From Picochlorum sp. SENEW3 (Eukaryota), in the NCBI GenBank assembly GCA_034226945.1, contig CP120457.1, positions 310,001 to 374,000 on the forward strand: a DNA stretch of 64,000 bases. The letters run 5' to 3'. The notes beneath the pieces are model-generated. The model saw only the letters and a program-made list of their open reading frames with translations, ran no database searches and was not told the DNA's origin. A program made the position numbers and the translations under genes. This document shows, piece by piece, positions 1-10,676 of this stretch; position 1 is the stretch's first letter; each line of letters begins with the position of its first letter.

Positions 1-343
1 AAGCAGACTTCAAGTGTCTGACAACAGCGGAGCCAAAGAAGTCCAGTGCATCAATACCAAGGGCAAAATAGCATCAATTGGTGATATAATCACCTGTTCA
101 GTTAAAAAGGCAGCAGCAAAGGGGAAAGTAGAGCAAGGGCAGGTTGTCAAAGCTGTCATTGTAGAGACCAAGAAGGAAATTCAGAGGGCTGACGGATCTG
201 TGATCAAATTCGATAAGAACTCGTGTGTGTTAGTAAATAACAAAGGATTACCCATCGGGACTCGTGTATTAGGATTTGTGACGCACGAATTGCGTTCTCG
301 TAATATGATGAAGGTCTTGTCCTTGGCATCCAGAGTATTTTGA
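1..343 (+). CDS. rpl14: Ribosomal protein uL14, probably the nuclear-encoded mitochondrial form; 5' end lies outside the window
   Basis: Frame is open from base 2 ([17 protein letters not shown]). Motifs [39 protein letters not shown] and PIGTRVLG match uL14. Confidence 0.9.
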   Translation, partial: SRLQVSDNSGAKEVQCINTKGKIASIGDIITCSVKKAAAKGKVEQGQVVKAVIVETKKEIQRADGSVIKFDKNSCVLVNNKGLPIGTRVLGFVTHELRSRNMMKVLSLASRVF

Positions 344-404
344 AGAAGAAGAAGAAGAATACGGATTATTATTCTTTACAGATTGATTGAATTGAAGTAC
401 ACAG

Positions 405-596
405 ATGCCTCGCGTGGGTGATAGAGCTGCATTAGGCATTTTTATACTGTTATCTGGTTCGACATTCGTCGGATTAGCCATGACAAGCGCTGCGCGGTCC
501 AACAGTAGAATGAAGCAGCAGCAGCAGCAGGAAGAGACCCAATCTGGGCGTGCATCGCCAGATTTTGATGCCAGGCTCAAAGCCCTAGATAAATGA
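405..596 (+). CDS. 63-aa single-pass membrane micro-protein, function unknown
   Basis: ATG-initiated ORF with a hydrophobic stretch (AALGIFILLSGSTFVGLAM) and a charged/poly-Q tail. It fills the gap between rpl14 and the next gene. No family recognised. Confidence 0.5.
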   Translation: MPRVGDRAALGIFILLSGSTFVGLAMTSAARSNSRMKQQQQQEETQSGRASPDFDARLKALDK

Positions 597-598
597 TG

Positions 599-1546
599 CT
601 AAAATGAATCCACCCAATCGGGCCTTGTGCTGTGAGGCATTGCATGCACCATGTCATATCGAGACATTTTACCCAAGAGTGCTCTGCTCTTGACAAAATC
701 TTTGTAATGACGCTTTCTATCGACATCCATCGATGGAGATATATGTAACAGTCTTTGATGTATACACATGTTCTCCTTGGCAATGTGGAGCTCGTGCATG
801 AAGCGCCTCGTCACACCTGTGGCAATCTGCCGTCCTCTTTGGTGCCGACGTGCCCTATTCTTCATCTCAATGACATGCTTCATCGACGCAAGATACGATT
901 GACCTTCAGAAAGTGACTGATTGTCTATCCTTCGACATGGTACTTGGTGTGTGGTGTTGTCAATCACGGATGATGATATCCTCCAAGAATCAGAATCTGA
1001 TTCATGCGTGAAACGATCCACCATGAATTTCTTATACGCATCGAACAGCGCATCGTCATGCTTGTCTGTCTCTTCCGTATCATGTGTATGATGCTCTTTC
1101 GTTGCCTCGACATCACCAGTCACAAGAACAGCAGCCAGTGGAGTATTCTGTGGAACGGGTGCTACATCATCATCATCATCATCATCCTTTTTCTTCTTGG
1201 AGGAGGAGGGGGAGGAGACCTCCTCAATTGCTGTCTTGGTCTCCTGTGCCTCGTACACAGACAACCGTCGAGCTCTCGTCTTCACTTCATCTATATCTTG
1301 ATAGCTATTCCGATCCAAGACGTTCTCGCCCATGGATGAATGGACATTGCCTCGCTTGGTCCCACCTGGTACACTACTACTCTTGTCCATATTGCCATGG
1401 CCATGGCCATCCATGAGAGAGGTTTTTTTCCCGTGTACCATTTTATTTGTAGTAGTAGTATTCACTCTTAATGATGGACTATGATCCACCACCGTGGCTG
1501 TCTGGTGATTGTATTTTTTCACCCCCCTTGAATGCCTCTGACCCAT
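599..1546 (-). CDS. 315-aa protein with a low-complexity N-terminus and a possible CFAP97/KIAA1430-like C-terminal domain
   Basis: Long ORF with poly-S/K/D tracts. IDN motifs and IAKENMCIHQRLLHISPS...KMSRY resemble the IxxENxxIxxRL..P pattern of CFAP97-family proteins, recognised by eye only. Confidence 0.55.
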   Translation of the reverse strand: MGQRHSRGVKKYNHQTATVVDHSPSLRVNTTTTNKMVHGKKTSLMDGHGHGNMDKSSSVPGGTKRGNVHSSMGENVLDRNSYQDIDEVKTRARRLSVYEAQETKTAIEEVSSPSSSKKKKDDDDDDDVAPVPQNTPLAAVLVTGDVEATKEHHTHDTEETDKHDDALFDAYKKFMVDRFTHESDSDSWRISSSVIDNTTHQVPCRRIDNQSLSEGQSYLASMKHVIEMKNRARRHQRGRQIATGVTRRFMHELHIAKENMCIHQRLLHISPSMDVDRKRHYKDFVKSRALLGKMSRYDMVHAMPHSTRPDWVDSF

Positions 1547-1883
1547 TCTAGACTGTCGTGTGTATACTCTCTTCTCCCCCTATATATAGGACTATCTCTC
1601 TGTTGTCAATTCTTGAATCAAATCACCAATCGTCCTGACCCAAGCTGTCTTCGTCTTCTTCTTCTTTGTTGGTTGGCTTCACCCATCATGCCTCTCTCTC
1701 TTCCCCAGACAATGAAGGTACCAGGGCGTGGGACCAGAGGCAGGCAGGCAGGCTGTTCAATCCATGTGGACGAATGTCGCTGATTTCATCCAATCTGCTG
1801 CCCCCATAAGTACATTAAAAACAAAATTATTAATTGCAATATATTGTATATATACATTGTAGACCCAGCAATAACAAACAACC

Positions 1884-2099
1884 ATGGCTGGGAAAAAGCG
1901 TCCGATTATGAAATTATTGCGACAACTCATGTCTCAGCAGTATCCACCAACAAATGTAGCACCATGGGTGAATCCTAATAATAAATTAAAGGCAGTTATT
2001 TCCAAATCGACGAGGGGGAGGTTGGGGCAGGCTGTTCAGGACGCACAGCGAAATGCTTTACAGCAGCACGTGCAGCGGGTATTACGGCAGTCCTCCTAA
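1884..2099 (+). CDS. Small basic protein (71 aa), function unknown
   Basis: Strong start context (aacaaccATGG) after an AT-rich promoter-like stretch. Lys/Arg-rich sequence. Confidence 0.5.
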   Translation: MAGKKRPIMKLLRQLMSQQYPPTNVAPWVNPNNKLKAVISKSTRGRLGQAVQDAQRNALQQHVQRVLRQSS

Positions 2100-2211
2100 G
2101 GAGGATGTATATAGAAATGTTTTCATCCTTTTTACAGATAGCTACCTAGATATGATAGAGAGATGGCCTGAAGAGCATACCATACTGTACTACTACAAGC
2201 CCAGTGTGTAC

Positions 2212-3024
2212 TTACTTTGTATTTGTAACGACTGTTCGTATTGCTCCGGCAGCGGGTGACGTGATGGAATCGTCGCTATCGTATGATGAGGAGACACCGC
2301 CTGTGTTCTGGACATGGCGGACGCCGCAGTGGGCGTGCGTGCTTCCAGAGGAGCCCCGATCATGGCCTGCCATGATGGGGTCTCTCAGCTGAGCTTGTGC
2401 AATGACCTCGTGCTGGATGGGGATATCTACGGTCAATCTCGTGCGCCCTGATGCAGGCACAGTATATCTCTTCGCTTCCTCGTCAGTCGTATCATCGTCG
2501 TCGCGCGTGGGCATGCCGGCATGGTCTCCATCCACGCTCCCTGTATCATCATCAATGTCCTGCCTGGCAGGAAGGTGTTGTCTCTGTTTCCCTGATGCTC
2601 GCACCACCTTTTTATACTGTCGTCCAGTCACTGGTCGACGCTGTGCCGTCTCCTGAACATGTGCTGGGGGGCCATCGTTGTCATCTCCCAAGGTCAACCC
2701 CCCCAGCAGGTCGTCGATATCCCCAACCACCTCTAGTTTGACGGGGACCCGTCTCTCAGTATCTTCTAATTCATCCTCTGCTATCTGAATATCTTTTTCA
2801 TCCTGTTTTGCCTTGTCAAGGAGGCGTTTGACCTCAACCGGGTCTATACATCCTACCGTGGGATCGCTTCTGGAGTCACCGCGGATTCCTTCATACAAGG
2901 CATCTAGTTGTACTATTATTCTTCGAAGTCGTTTCTTCTTCTCATATACGTCTCCCAATGCGTCTATCGTATTCAGTTGGTCGACCAAACAGTCCCAATT
3001 GTTGGAACTGTTGGTTGAGACCAT
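2212..3024 (-). CDS. Hypothetical protein (270 aa), helical/coiled N-terminus and disordered C-terminus
   Basis: Longest ORF in the interval, with natural amino-acid composition. No family recognised. Confidence 0.65.
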   Translation of the reverse strand: MVSTNSSNNWDCLVDQLNTIDALGDVYEKKKRLRRIIVQLDALYEGIRGDSRSDPTVGCIDPVEVKRLLDKAKQDEKDIQIAEDELEDTERRVPVKLEVVGDIDDLLGGLTLGDDNDGPPAHVQETAQRRPVTGRQYKKVVRASGKQRQHLPARQDIDDDTGSVDGDHAGMPTRDDDDTTDEEAKRYTVPASGRTRLTVDIPIQHEVIAQAQLRDPIMAGHDRGSSGSTHAHCGVRHVQNTGGVSSSYDSDDSITSPAAGAIRTVVTNTK

Positions 3025-3136
3025 GTCAGGCGACTCTGTTTTCTTACAACACTGTAATACTACTATTGTGGTATATGATGAATACTGACACTCAAAACAA
3101 TGTGATATGACGCCCCTATTGTCTGCCAGGGTATTA

Positions 3137-6100
3137 TTACCAATATGTGTTTCTAAATACCCATCCCTTTGGATAGTTTCTAATAATCATCTTGCGAATC
3201 TCATCGTATACAAAGATGAACATGGCGTATGGAACACCGATGAACATGTAGAGGACAAACAATGGGCGGGTTGTCCATACGATTCGCAGGAATGGGACAT
3301 AGGAGATGAGGCAGACAAAGAGAATCATGGTGAAGAAACCAGCATTGAGCACTCTGTTTCGCAATCCTTGGGTGAAGAGAGATTCCTTTCTGGTTTTGCA
3401 GATGAGGAGATCGGCAGTACGAGCCACCACGACACCGGCAAAGTATGCTGTTTGACCAGTGAACAAGACACTCTTTTGGGAGTCGAGGTTGGCAAAGTAC
3501 TGCACCTGTCCGTTCCACCAGTAGAAGGAGCCCTGTTGACCGTATTCTCCATCGTTGACCAAACCTCTTCCTGCAAAGCCGTACTGGTCGGCGTTTGGCA
3601 GGTTGCAGTATTGGTCAAACATGTTGGCTTCTGCCCTAGAAAGATACAGGGCGTATGCTGCATCGCCACCATAGTTGAATGGATTGATGGGGTCGACGAC
3701 ACCAGCATTCACTCGTCTGACAAATTCATCGTTTGCAGCAATAAAGCGGTCCTTGAGTTGATCTGATAATCCTGCGTACCAGGAGCATGTGCGTCCGCAT
3801 GTTGCCTGAATGGCCGTATCCTTGTCTCCAAAAGTGGTATCATCATAGGCAATGCCTCTGAAGCCATACTGGGTGAACTCAATGAAGGGATCTGCTGTTC
3901 CGTTGAACGGAATAGGGCACCCATCTTTGCAAAATCTGAATTCATCAGCGGCTTGTCCATACAGAGTAGTCTGTCCTCCAAACGTTTCCCGTGGTTCTTC
4001 ACATCCAAAATGGCAATCTGCTGCCCATAAATTTCCAGAGGCGGCAATTTGGGGCTTGCAGATCAGTGGTCCTCGTTCCCATGAGATTCCACGGCCAATC
4101 ATATTGCCCCATTCATATCCGTAATCGTTGAAGACACTCATGAATGCGAGGAAACCAGCGGATGTTTGAATCAGCCCAATCTGGAAGTATGAGAAGGAAA
4201 TCAATCGCCTGGAGACAAGTCTCTCCACGTCTGGGTTTCTGGGAGGCCTATCCATAATATCAGCCTCCTTTGGTTCGTACGCCAGGGAAATGGCGGGAAG
4301 CATATCGCATCCCAAATCGATGGAGAGAATCAAAATGGTGGAGATGGCTGGTGGGAAGCTGAGCACGACAAACAACAAGAATGGAATCTGTTCTGGGAAT
4401 TTGGATGCAAGCGTGTATGCAATGGACTTTTTGAGATTGTCGAAAATTACTCGACCTTCTTCAACTCCATTGACAATGGATGCAAAATTATCATCCATGA
4501 GGATCATATCTGCAGCTTCCTTGGACACATCCTTTCCAGAAATACCCATGGCAATTCCCGTGTTGGCCTTTTTCAGGGCAGGGGCATCATTCACACCATC
4601 ACCTGTGACGGCGACATTCTCTCCGCGGCGTTGGCAGTTTTCTACAATGAGCAACTTGTGAGCTGGAGAGACACGAGCGAAAACAATCTGCTCGTGATCA
4701 AGAGCCCAGTCCCATTTGTTCTGCCGTTCCACTGGATCAGAAATTTCCATCCACTCTCTGATATCGTCTCCCTTTACAACCAGAGCCTTTCCTGCATCCC
4801 ATTTATCCTGATCAATGATGCCAACCTGTTTTGCAATGGCAAGAGCTGTGATCGGATGATCTCCAGTGACCATGTACACCTTGATGCGGGCACGTTTGCA
4901 TTTTGCCACAGCTTCAGGAACACCCTCTCTTGGTGGATCAATGAGTGACATGAGTCCAACAAATGTAAGGTCCTCAGTTGGGAAATTTGGTTCTGGTTTG
5001 TTTGTAAATGCGTAATCCATAGGAAGATCGAGATTCTTCATGGCAAATCCAAGCACACGCTCTCCCATGGCTCCAAGGTTCTCATAGGCATCCTGATACT
5101 TTTTCCTCCACTCATCCGTCATTGGAATCTCCTCGCCATTGATCAAAATCTTGGTACATCTGTTGATGACTCGTTCTGGGGCACCCTTGAACACCATGAG
5201 AGGATTCTTGGCAGATGGATCCTCTGGCTTGTGGATGGAAAGCTGCCACTTGTTTGTTGAGTTGAACTTGATCTCATGCAACTTGGGGTTGGCGGCATGA
5301 TACTCGGATACATCGCGTATCAACTGCACACACTTGATCAACGCACTCTCGGACGCATCTCCAGTACACGTAAGTCCCAACAAGTTGAAGTCAGGAGACT
5401 GAACTTCCTCAGCGAGATTCAATGCTGGTTTATCCTCATCATCAGCATCTGTCAAAACAAATCGGGAGTTGTTACACAGGGTTGCAACCCTCTGCAACGC
5501 CTGCCACGTTGGTGCCTCTGTATCATACTTTGGTCCTTTGATAACACCTGGCCTCATGGCTGCCTTCAACTGTGGAAGATTCCTTGCTGCAGGAACCGTC
5601 ACCAATTGCCCATCATACCATGCATGCTGAACAGTCATTCTATTCTGCGTCAATGTACCAGTCTTATCCGATGCAATAACTGTGGTTGATCCAAGGTTTT
5701 CAACACTTGGCATACCCTTGACCAACACATTCTTGGCATACATGTGCTTGGCAGACAATGCCAAGGACACAGTCAGCGTGACAAGCAAACCTTCTGGCAC
5801 TGTACCAACAATAATACCAATAGCAAACACAATCATTTCGATTGCTGATGCTCCAGCCACAAAGATACCGATCAAAATAAAGGTAATACCGATCAAAATA
5901 GCAATCACTGAGATAATCTTGATGAAAATATCCACCTCAACCTGGAACTGTGTTGCCTCGTCATTACCAGACTCTGCTGCCAGGCCAGCAATCTGTCCCA
6001 TCACAGTCTTATCCCCTGTTCCAATGACAATACCACGTCCTGATCCACCAACAACAATAGTGGTATAGAACATCAGATTCTGTGCTTCCAAAGGAACAGT

Positions 6101-6943
6101 GACTGGTTTACCATTGGGTCCAATCTGCAAATCAGGCTCTCTATCCTGAGGCTCAGCCTCACCAGTCAATGAAGAATTATCCACTTTGATATCATTTGCA
6201 ATGACAACACGCATATCAGCTGGAACCTGATCTCCATCTCCAAACTCAACCACATCTCCAGGGACCAGTTCCTCTGCCTCAATAATACTAATGTTACCAT
6301 CACGCAACACCTTGCACTTCTTGGGCACCAGCTTTTTGAACCCTTCCATCACAGAATCTGCCTTTGCTTCCGTCAAGTACGAGAATGTGGCAGAGATGAA
6401 CACCACAAGAAACAAGACAACACCCAAGTACAGATTTGTAGGATCTGATTGATCAATTCCATAGGCAACAAAACACAACACGCCACCAAACAAGAGCAGA
6501 ATCATAAACACATTCGCATACTGCTCCAAATACTTGACCCACCAAGGAATCACCACGGGCGGTGTCAAGCGATTCCAACCATACTTTTCCCTGTTCTGCA
6601 ACACCTGAGCAGAACTCAAACCATTCTCAGGAGTCGCTCCATAGTACTCATACACCTTCTCCGCTGGCCATGTATGCTCTGTAAAACCAATTTCCTGTCG
6701 AAGCTTATCCGCTCGAGACGTATCCTTGGAAGACCTGCACCATGACACACACGATCGTTTGAGGGTAGGGCAACACCACACATGGTCGTCGTAGGGTATT
6801 CCAGCAATACAACCCTAGGCGTCCAAGCACCAAACATTCGCGTACTTTTTCCTAGACAGCGCATTTTTCAACTTTGTTGACAAAGATTTTGCCACCTTTT
6901 GCTCATCTGGGACATCTGTCCCGCCATTCTGCCCTTCACTCAT
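3137..6943 (-). CDS. P-type ATPase of the Na+/K+ (P2C) family. Exon 1 6943-6846, intron 6845-6735, exon 2 6734-3137
   Basis: Motifs DKTGTLTQN, VPEGLL, FNSTNKWQLSIH, KGAPE, DPPR, MVTGDH, GDGVNDAPAL, IDLGCDMLPAISLAYE and ICKTR, and C-terminal NTYW. The GTACGC...TGCAG intron links MSEGQNGG...SRK in frame to SSKDTSR. Confidence 0.95.
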
Positions 6944-7684
6944 AACCTCGTAGAAACCCTGCCGTTCACCCTCGACACAGAGAGCCTCCAATCAACACCA
7001 AACCAACTGCATTGATGGCACAGATACACTCATATGAATTTATATGGCAATACAGACATTCTCTACCCATCATCGCAGCCATTCCTTCGACCATGACTGG
7101 AAGTCATGGGTCCTCCATGTATGCTCGTAGCCCTTATTCACCACCTGATGACCACAATGAGGGCGATACAGCATGTTATATTTACAACAGTAGGCAGACA
7201 ACGCACATGCAATCCAATTGATCGCCGTACTACTCTAGGGAAATCGAGGTACACAAATGTCGATTCACGTCGACCAAATAGGGTACTCCGTGCCGAATAC
7301 TTTCCCTATTCTGATACACGAGACCTAGAATAAAAGTACAAAAACGTGTTTATTCTGAATCAAACAGCAACGACAAGAGTCCATGTGACCCCAATGATGG
7401 GTTTTGTTCCTTCTGACTGAAAAATATTCCCCATATTCCCTCTTGTATCGGTCAATGGTCATCTACAATGGGAACAGGCTGTTCAGAAAGATTCCCTACG
7501 AACAGGGCGCCTTCTCCTCCATCGTTCGAGCAGGCTGCAGGCTGCATCGCATCATGTTGTTTAGTTCTCTCCTCAATGCAGTACTTTCTTTTTTTTATAA
7601 TTATTCATACACATGAATATGCATGCATTGATTCATAGATGTATGTATACTACTACGAATGCTAATGCCTGACGGTACAAAGAC

Positions 7685-8254
7685 ATGTTTGTGCTGAAAA
7701 CATTGCAGACAAATGTCTGCCTGGACCCATCCATGCTGGGGCAGGAGACGATAGATGCCGTTGAATCCATCCTAAAGAAGAGATATACTGATAGGGTAAT
7801 GCAGCAGGTGGGGTTGGTGGTGCATGTGTATGATGTGTTGCATATAGGGGAGGGGTCTGTGTACCACTCCAGGGGCAATGTGTATCACGATGTTGAGTTC
7901 CGAGCCATCGTGTTTTGTCCGTTTCAGTCCGAGCTGTTGATTGGTAGAATTACTCAGATGAATGAGAGTGGGATACATGTGAGTCTAGGGTTCTTTGATG
8001 ATGTGTTTGTTCCGCCGGAATTGTTGCAACAGCCAGCTGTGTGGAACAGTGCAGAGCAGGCATGGTGTTGGAAAATGGATGAGGACAGTGATCCGTTGTA
8101 TTATGCTATCGGGGGGAAGATTAGATTTAAAGTGCACGCTGTCAAGTTTATATCGAGTGATGAGGCGGGCAAGGAGGGTGTGCCGTTGTGTAGTGTGATT
8201 GGGCGGGCTGATGGGACTGGGTTGGGCATGTTGGCGTGGGAATGGGGTGAATAG
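7685..8254 (+). CDS. RPC8: RNA polymerase III subunit RPC8/C25 (Rpb7 family)
   Basis: MFVL start, YTDRVMQQVGL, VEFRAIVFCPFQSELLIG, GIHVSLGFFDDVFVP, IRFKV and C-terminal GLGMLAW. Confidence 0.9.
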   Translation: MFVLKTLQTNVCLDPSMLGQETIDAVESILKKRYTDRVMQQVGLVVHVYDVLHIGEGSVYHSRGNVYHDVEFRAIVFCPFQSELLIGRITQMNESGIHVSLGFFDDVFVPPELLQQPAVWNSAEQAWCWKMDEDSDPLYYAIGGKIRFKVHAVKFISSDEAGKEGVPLCSVIGRADGTGLGMLAWEWGE

Positions 8255-8297
8255 CAAGACACAAAGGCCATCCGTCTCATGATATAAATATAGTAAA

Positions 8298-9155
8298 TTA
8301 TGATGATGTGCGTGTTTTCCGCAACACGTTGGCGGCTCTCTTCTCTGCATGTTCCATGTTCCATCGATGCTGGAGCAAATCCATCACTTTGGCTTCATCA
8401 GCAAACTGCTTTTTCGGATCGGCTGCAGCCGGGTTCATCATCATTCCCTTTTGCTGCATCTGTGCTGCCATAGCAGCATCGTTGACGACGTCTTTGAAGA
8501 ACAAGGTGAGAATACCTCGTGATCCAAAGAGAAGCAGCATGTAGTATGACAAAGAGGAGAGGTAGGTCACATCTAATGAGGGGAGATCTATTCCAGACTG
8601 CAGCATGCCACGAAACTTTGGCGAGAGGGAAAAGGGGAGTTTTCCTAGAATAAATCCTCTAAAGAAATAGTTCACAAAGGCTCCCAATGCCAGCTGTGGA
8701 CCTAAACCTCCCAATTGTTGCTTCATCATGCCGCTCATCATATCAGGATTGGTCATCATCATCTCTGCCATATCCTTCTTCTCAATCTCCTCGTGCAACA
8801 CCCCATGCTCTTTATCTGTAAAGTATTGAATCCTCTGTTGGAATCCTAAAGGCGTGATCATGCATGATGATGCCTTCATCGTCTGGCATCGTCCTATAAT
8901 GGCCTTTTGCCTGGCCTCTTTGGCTGCCTCTTCTAATGTCTGTTGAGAAGAAGGGGTCTTACTTTGAGACCCACCACCCAGAAACTGCGCCATAAATCAT
9001 CGTTAAGAATGTATAGAGGAGTACTACTACTGATATGCACGTACCACGGAGGCAAACTGGCGTAATAAGAGAAGCAGAAATACAGACACTGTGAGAGGGA
9101 GTAATACCCAATTTCTGACCTCGCGGTCAATGACTAGATCATGATCTGATGTCAT
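8298..9155 (-). CDS. EMC3: ER membrane complex subunit 3. Exon 1 9155-9045, intron 9044-8985, exon 2 8984-8298
   Basis: Exon 1 gives the conserved N-terminus DLVIDREVRNWVLLPL. Exon 2 carries NYFFRGFILGKLPFSL, FRGMLQSGI and LDVTYLSSLSYY. Phase-0 intron GTACGT...GCGCAG. Confidence 0.93.
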
Positions 9156-9560
9156 GGCGATTGTTTTTTTTTAGTCGTAATTCAGTAATATGGTGATGTG
9201 GTGACAACGAGGAGGAGGAATCTATTGTCTGAAGACACGAATGGCATTCATGGCGATATACCCATCGATCAAATGGATGCTTGGACCGATGCTTTGGAAC
9301 CAGTCAAGAGGTATGTTCCCATGGTCAATATGGAAACACAGAATGCAGTAGGGGATGCCTGATTGGGCGTTCTATTTGCCAAACTATATATTCAAAAATA
9401 CTTTTGGTAGTAGTGCAGGTATCTGAGAGGCCATCGTAGCAGATCGTTTGCATCTCAGAAGGAACACTTCGCTGTGATTGTGAGCGACGAATGCGCTCCT
9501 GATACGGCTCTATCGGACTGCGAAGGATTGTAGATTTACATTATTATTTTATTTAGACTC

Positions 9561-10622
9561 ATGGCCACCGTATCAAGTCGCATGGCGTGTCGATGCAAGG
9601 GGAATCGAGTAGAGGTAGTAGGTCACTCGTTGCAACGAGGCAGCTCGAGGCGGAATGGAATGTTTTCTTTTTATAGAAAGGACCGACAGCATGGTTACAG
9701 GTGCCATGTGGCAGTGGCGGAGGGGTCTACAGGGGAAACATCGCGGTTGGAATGCTACAGTGAGGTGTGGAGGGCTCCAAAGCCGAGTCGGATGATTGCT
9801 GATGGGAGGGCATTTGAAGAAGAGCATCGAGTGCGTGGGTATGAAGTTGGGCCGAATCGTAGGACAACAATGATTACAATTGCGAATTTACTGCAAGAGG
9901 TGGCGTCGAATCACGTCGTGTCAATGTGGGGCAGGAGTGATGAAGGGTTTGCAACTGACCCAGAGATGGCAAAGGAGGGATTGATTTTTGTGATGACTCG
10001 CATGCAGATACAGATGGATTCGTATCCGGCGTGGGGGGATATTGTTCATTTTGAGACGTGGTTCAAGGAATCTGGGAGGATGAGGGCGCAGCGAGATTGG
10101 GTGGTGAGGAATTCTGACGGGGTTGAGATTGGACGGGCGACGAGCACATGGGTCACGATTAGTATGAAGACGAGACGGTTGGTGAAACTTCCGGATCGAA
10201 TTAGAGAGCGGTTTTCACGGTTTCAGTTACCCGATGGGGAGGATGCACTGTCGGAGGACAGATCCAGGCTCAAACTCCCTGATTTGGTGTCTGATGAGGA
10301 GGTGAACGTGCTGCCTCAGATTGCCCGCATGTCTGATATGGATATGAATGGGCATATCAATAATGTCACGTATATTGGGTGGGTATTGGAGACTGTCCCT
10401 GAAGAGTTGCAGAATGAAAGGCAGTTGTATCAGGTTGAGATTGATTACAAGAATGAATGTACCAGTGGTGACGTTGTCCATCCTCTTGCAGAGGAAAGTG
10501 ACACCCCGGATGTCTTCAGAGATGTGGATACTGTGACGTATGTTCACAGCTTGACACGACAGACTGATGCTGGCTCCAAACCAACAGAGTTGGTACGAGC
10601 AAGAACCATGTGGAGAGTGTGA
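9561..10622 (+). CDS. FATA: Plastid acyl-ACP thioesterase (FatA/FAT1-type)
   Basis: Transit-peptide-like N-terminus, then VRGYEVG, IANLLQEVASNH, YPAWGD, RATSTWV, DMDMNGHINNVTYIGWVLE and IDYKNEC. Confidence 0.93.
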   Translation: MATVSSRMACRCKGNRVEVVGHSLQRGSSRRNGMFSFYRKDRQHGYRCHVAVAEGSTGETSRLECYSEVWRAPKPSRMIADGRAFEEEHRVRGYEVGPNRRTTMITIANLLQEVASNHVVSMWGRSDEGFATDPEMAKEGLIFVMTRMQIQMDSYPAWGDIVHFETWFKESGRMRAQRDWVVRNSDGVEIGRATSTWVTISMKTRRLVKLPDRIRERFSRFQLPDGEDALSEDRSRLKLPDLVSDEEVNVLPQIARMSDMDMNGHINNVTYIGWVLETVPEELQNERQLYQVEIDYKNECTSGDVVHPLAEESDTPDVFRDVDTVTYVHSLTRQTDAGSKPTELVRARTMWRV

Positions 10623-10676
10623 TTTCACATTTTGTTGTTTCTTTCTTTCATGTTTCATAATTGTTTATAAAAGAAA

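Noticed and set aside
1004..1416. Poly-His and poly-Ile ORFs on the plus strand
   Set aside because: They are antisense readings of the (CAT)n and (GGA)n tracts that encode poly-Asp and poly-Ser in the minus-strand gene.
1884..2099. Assignment of the 71-aa ORF to mitoribosomal mL59
   Set aside because: Only a faint PWxNP...IS...RL resemblance, too weak to name without a profile search.
9561..10622. Acyl-ACP thioesterase as part of a PKS gene cluster
   Set aside because: It is a typical plastid-targeted FatA, 14 kb away and separated by unrelated housekeeping genes. No trans-AT, PPTase or tailoring gene is visible next to the PKS 3' end.
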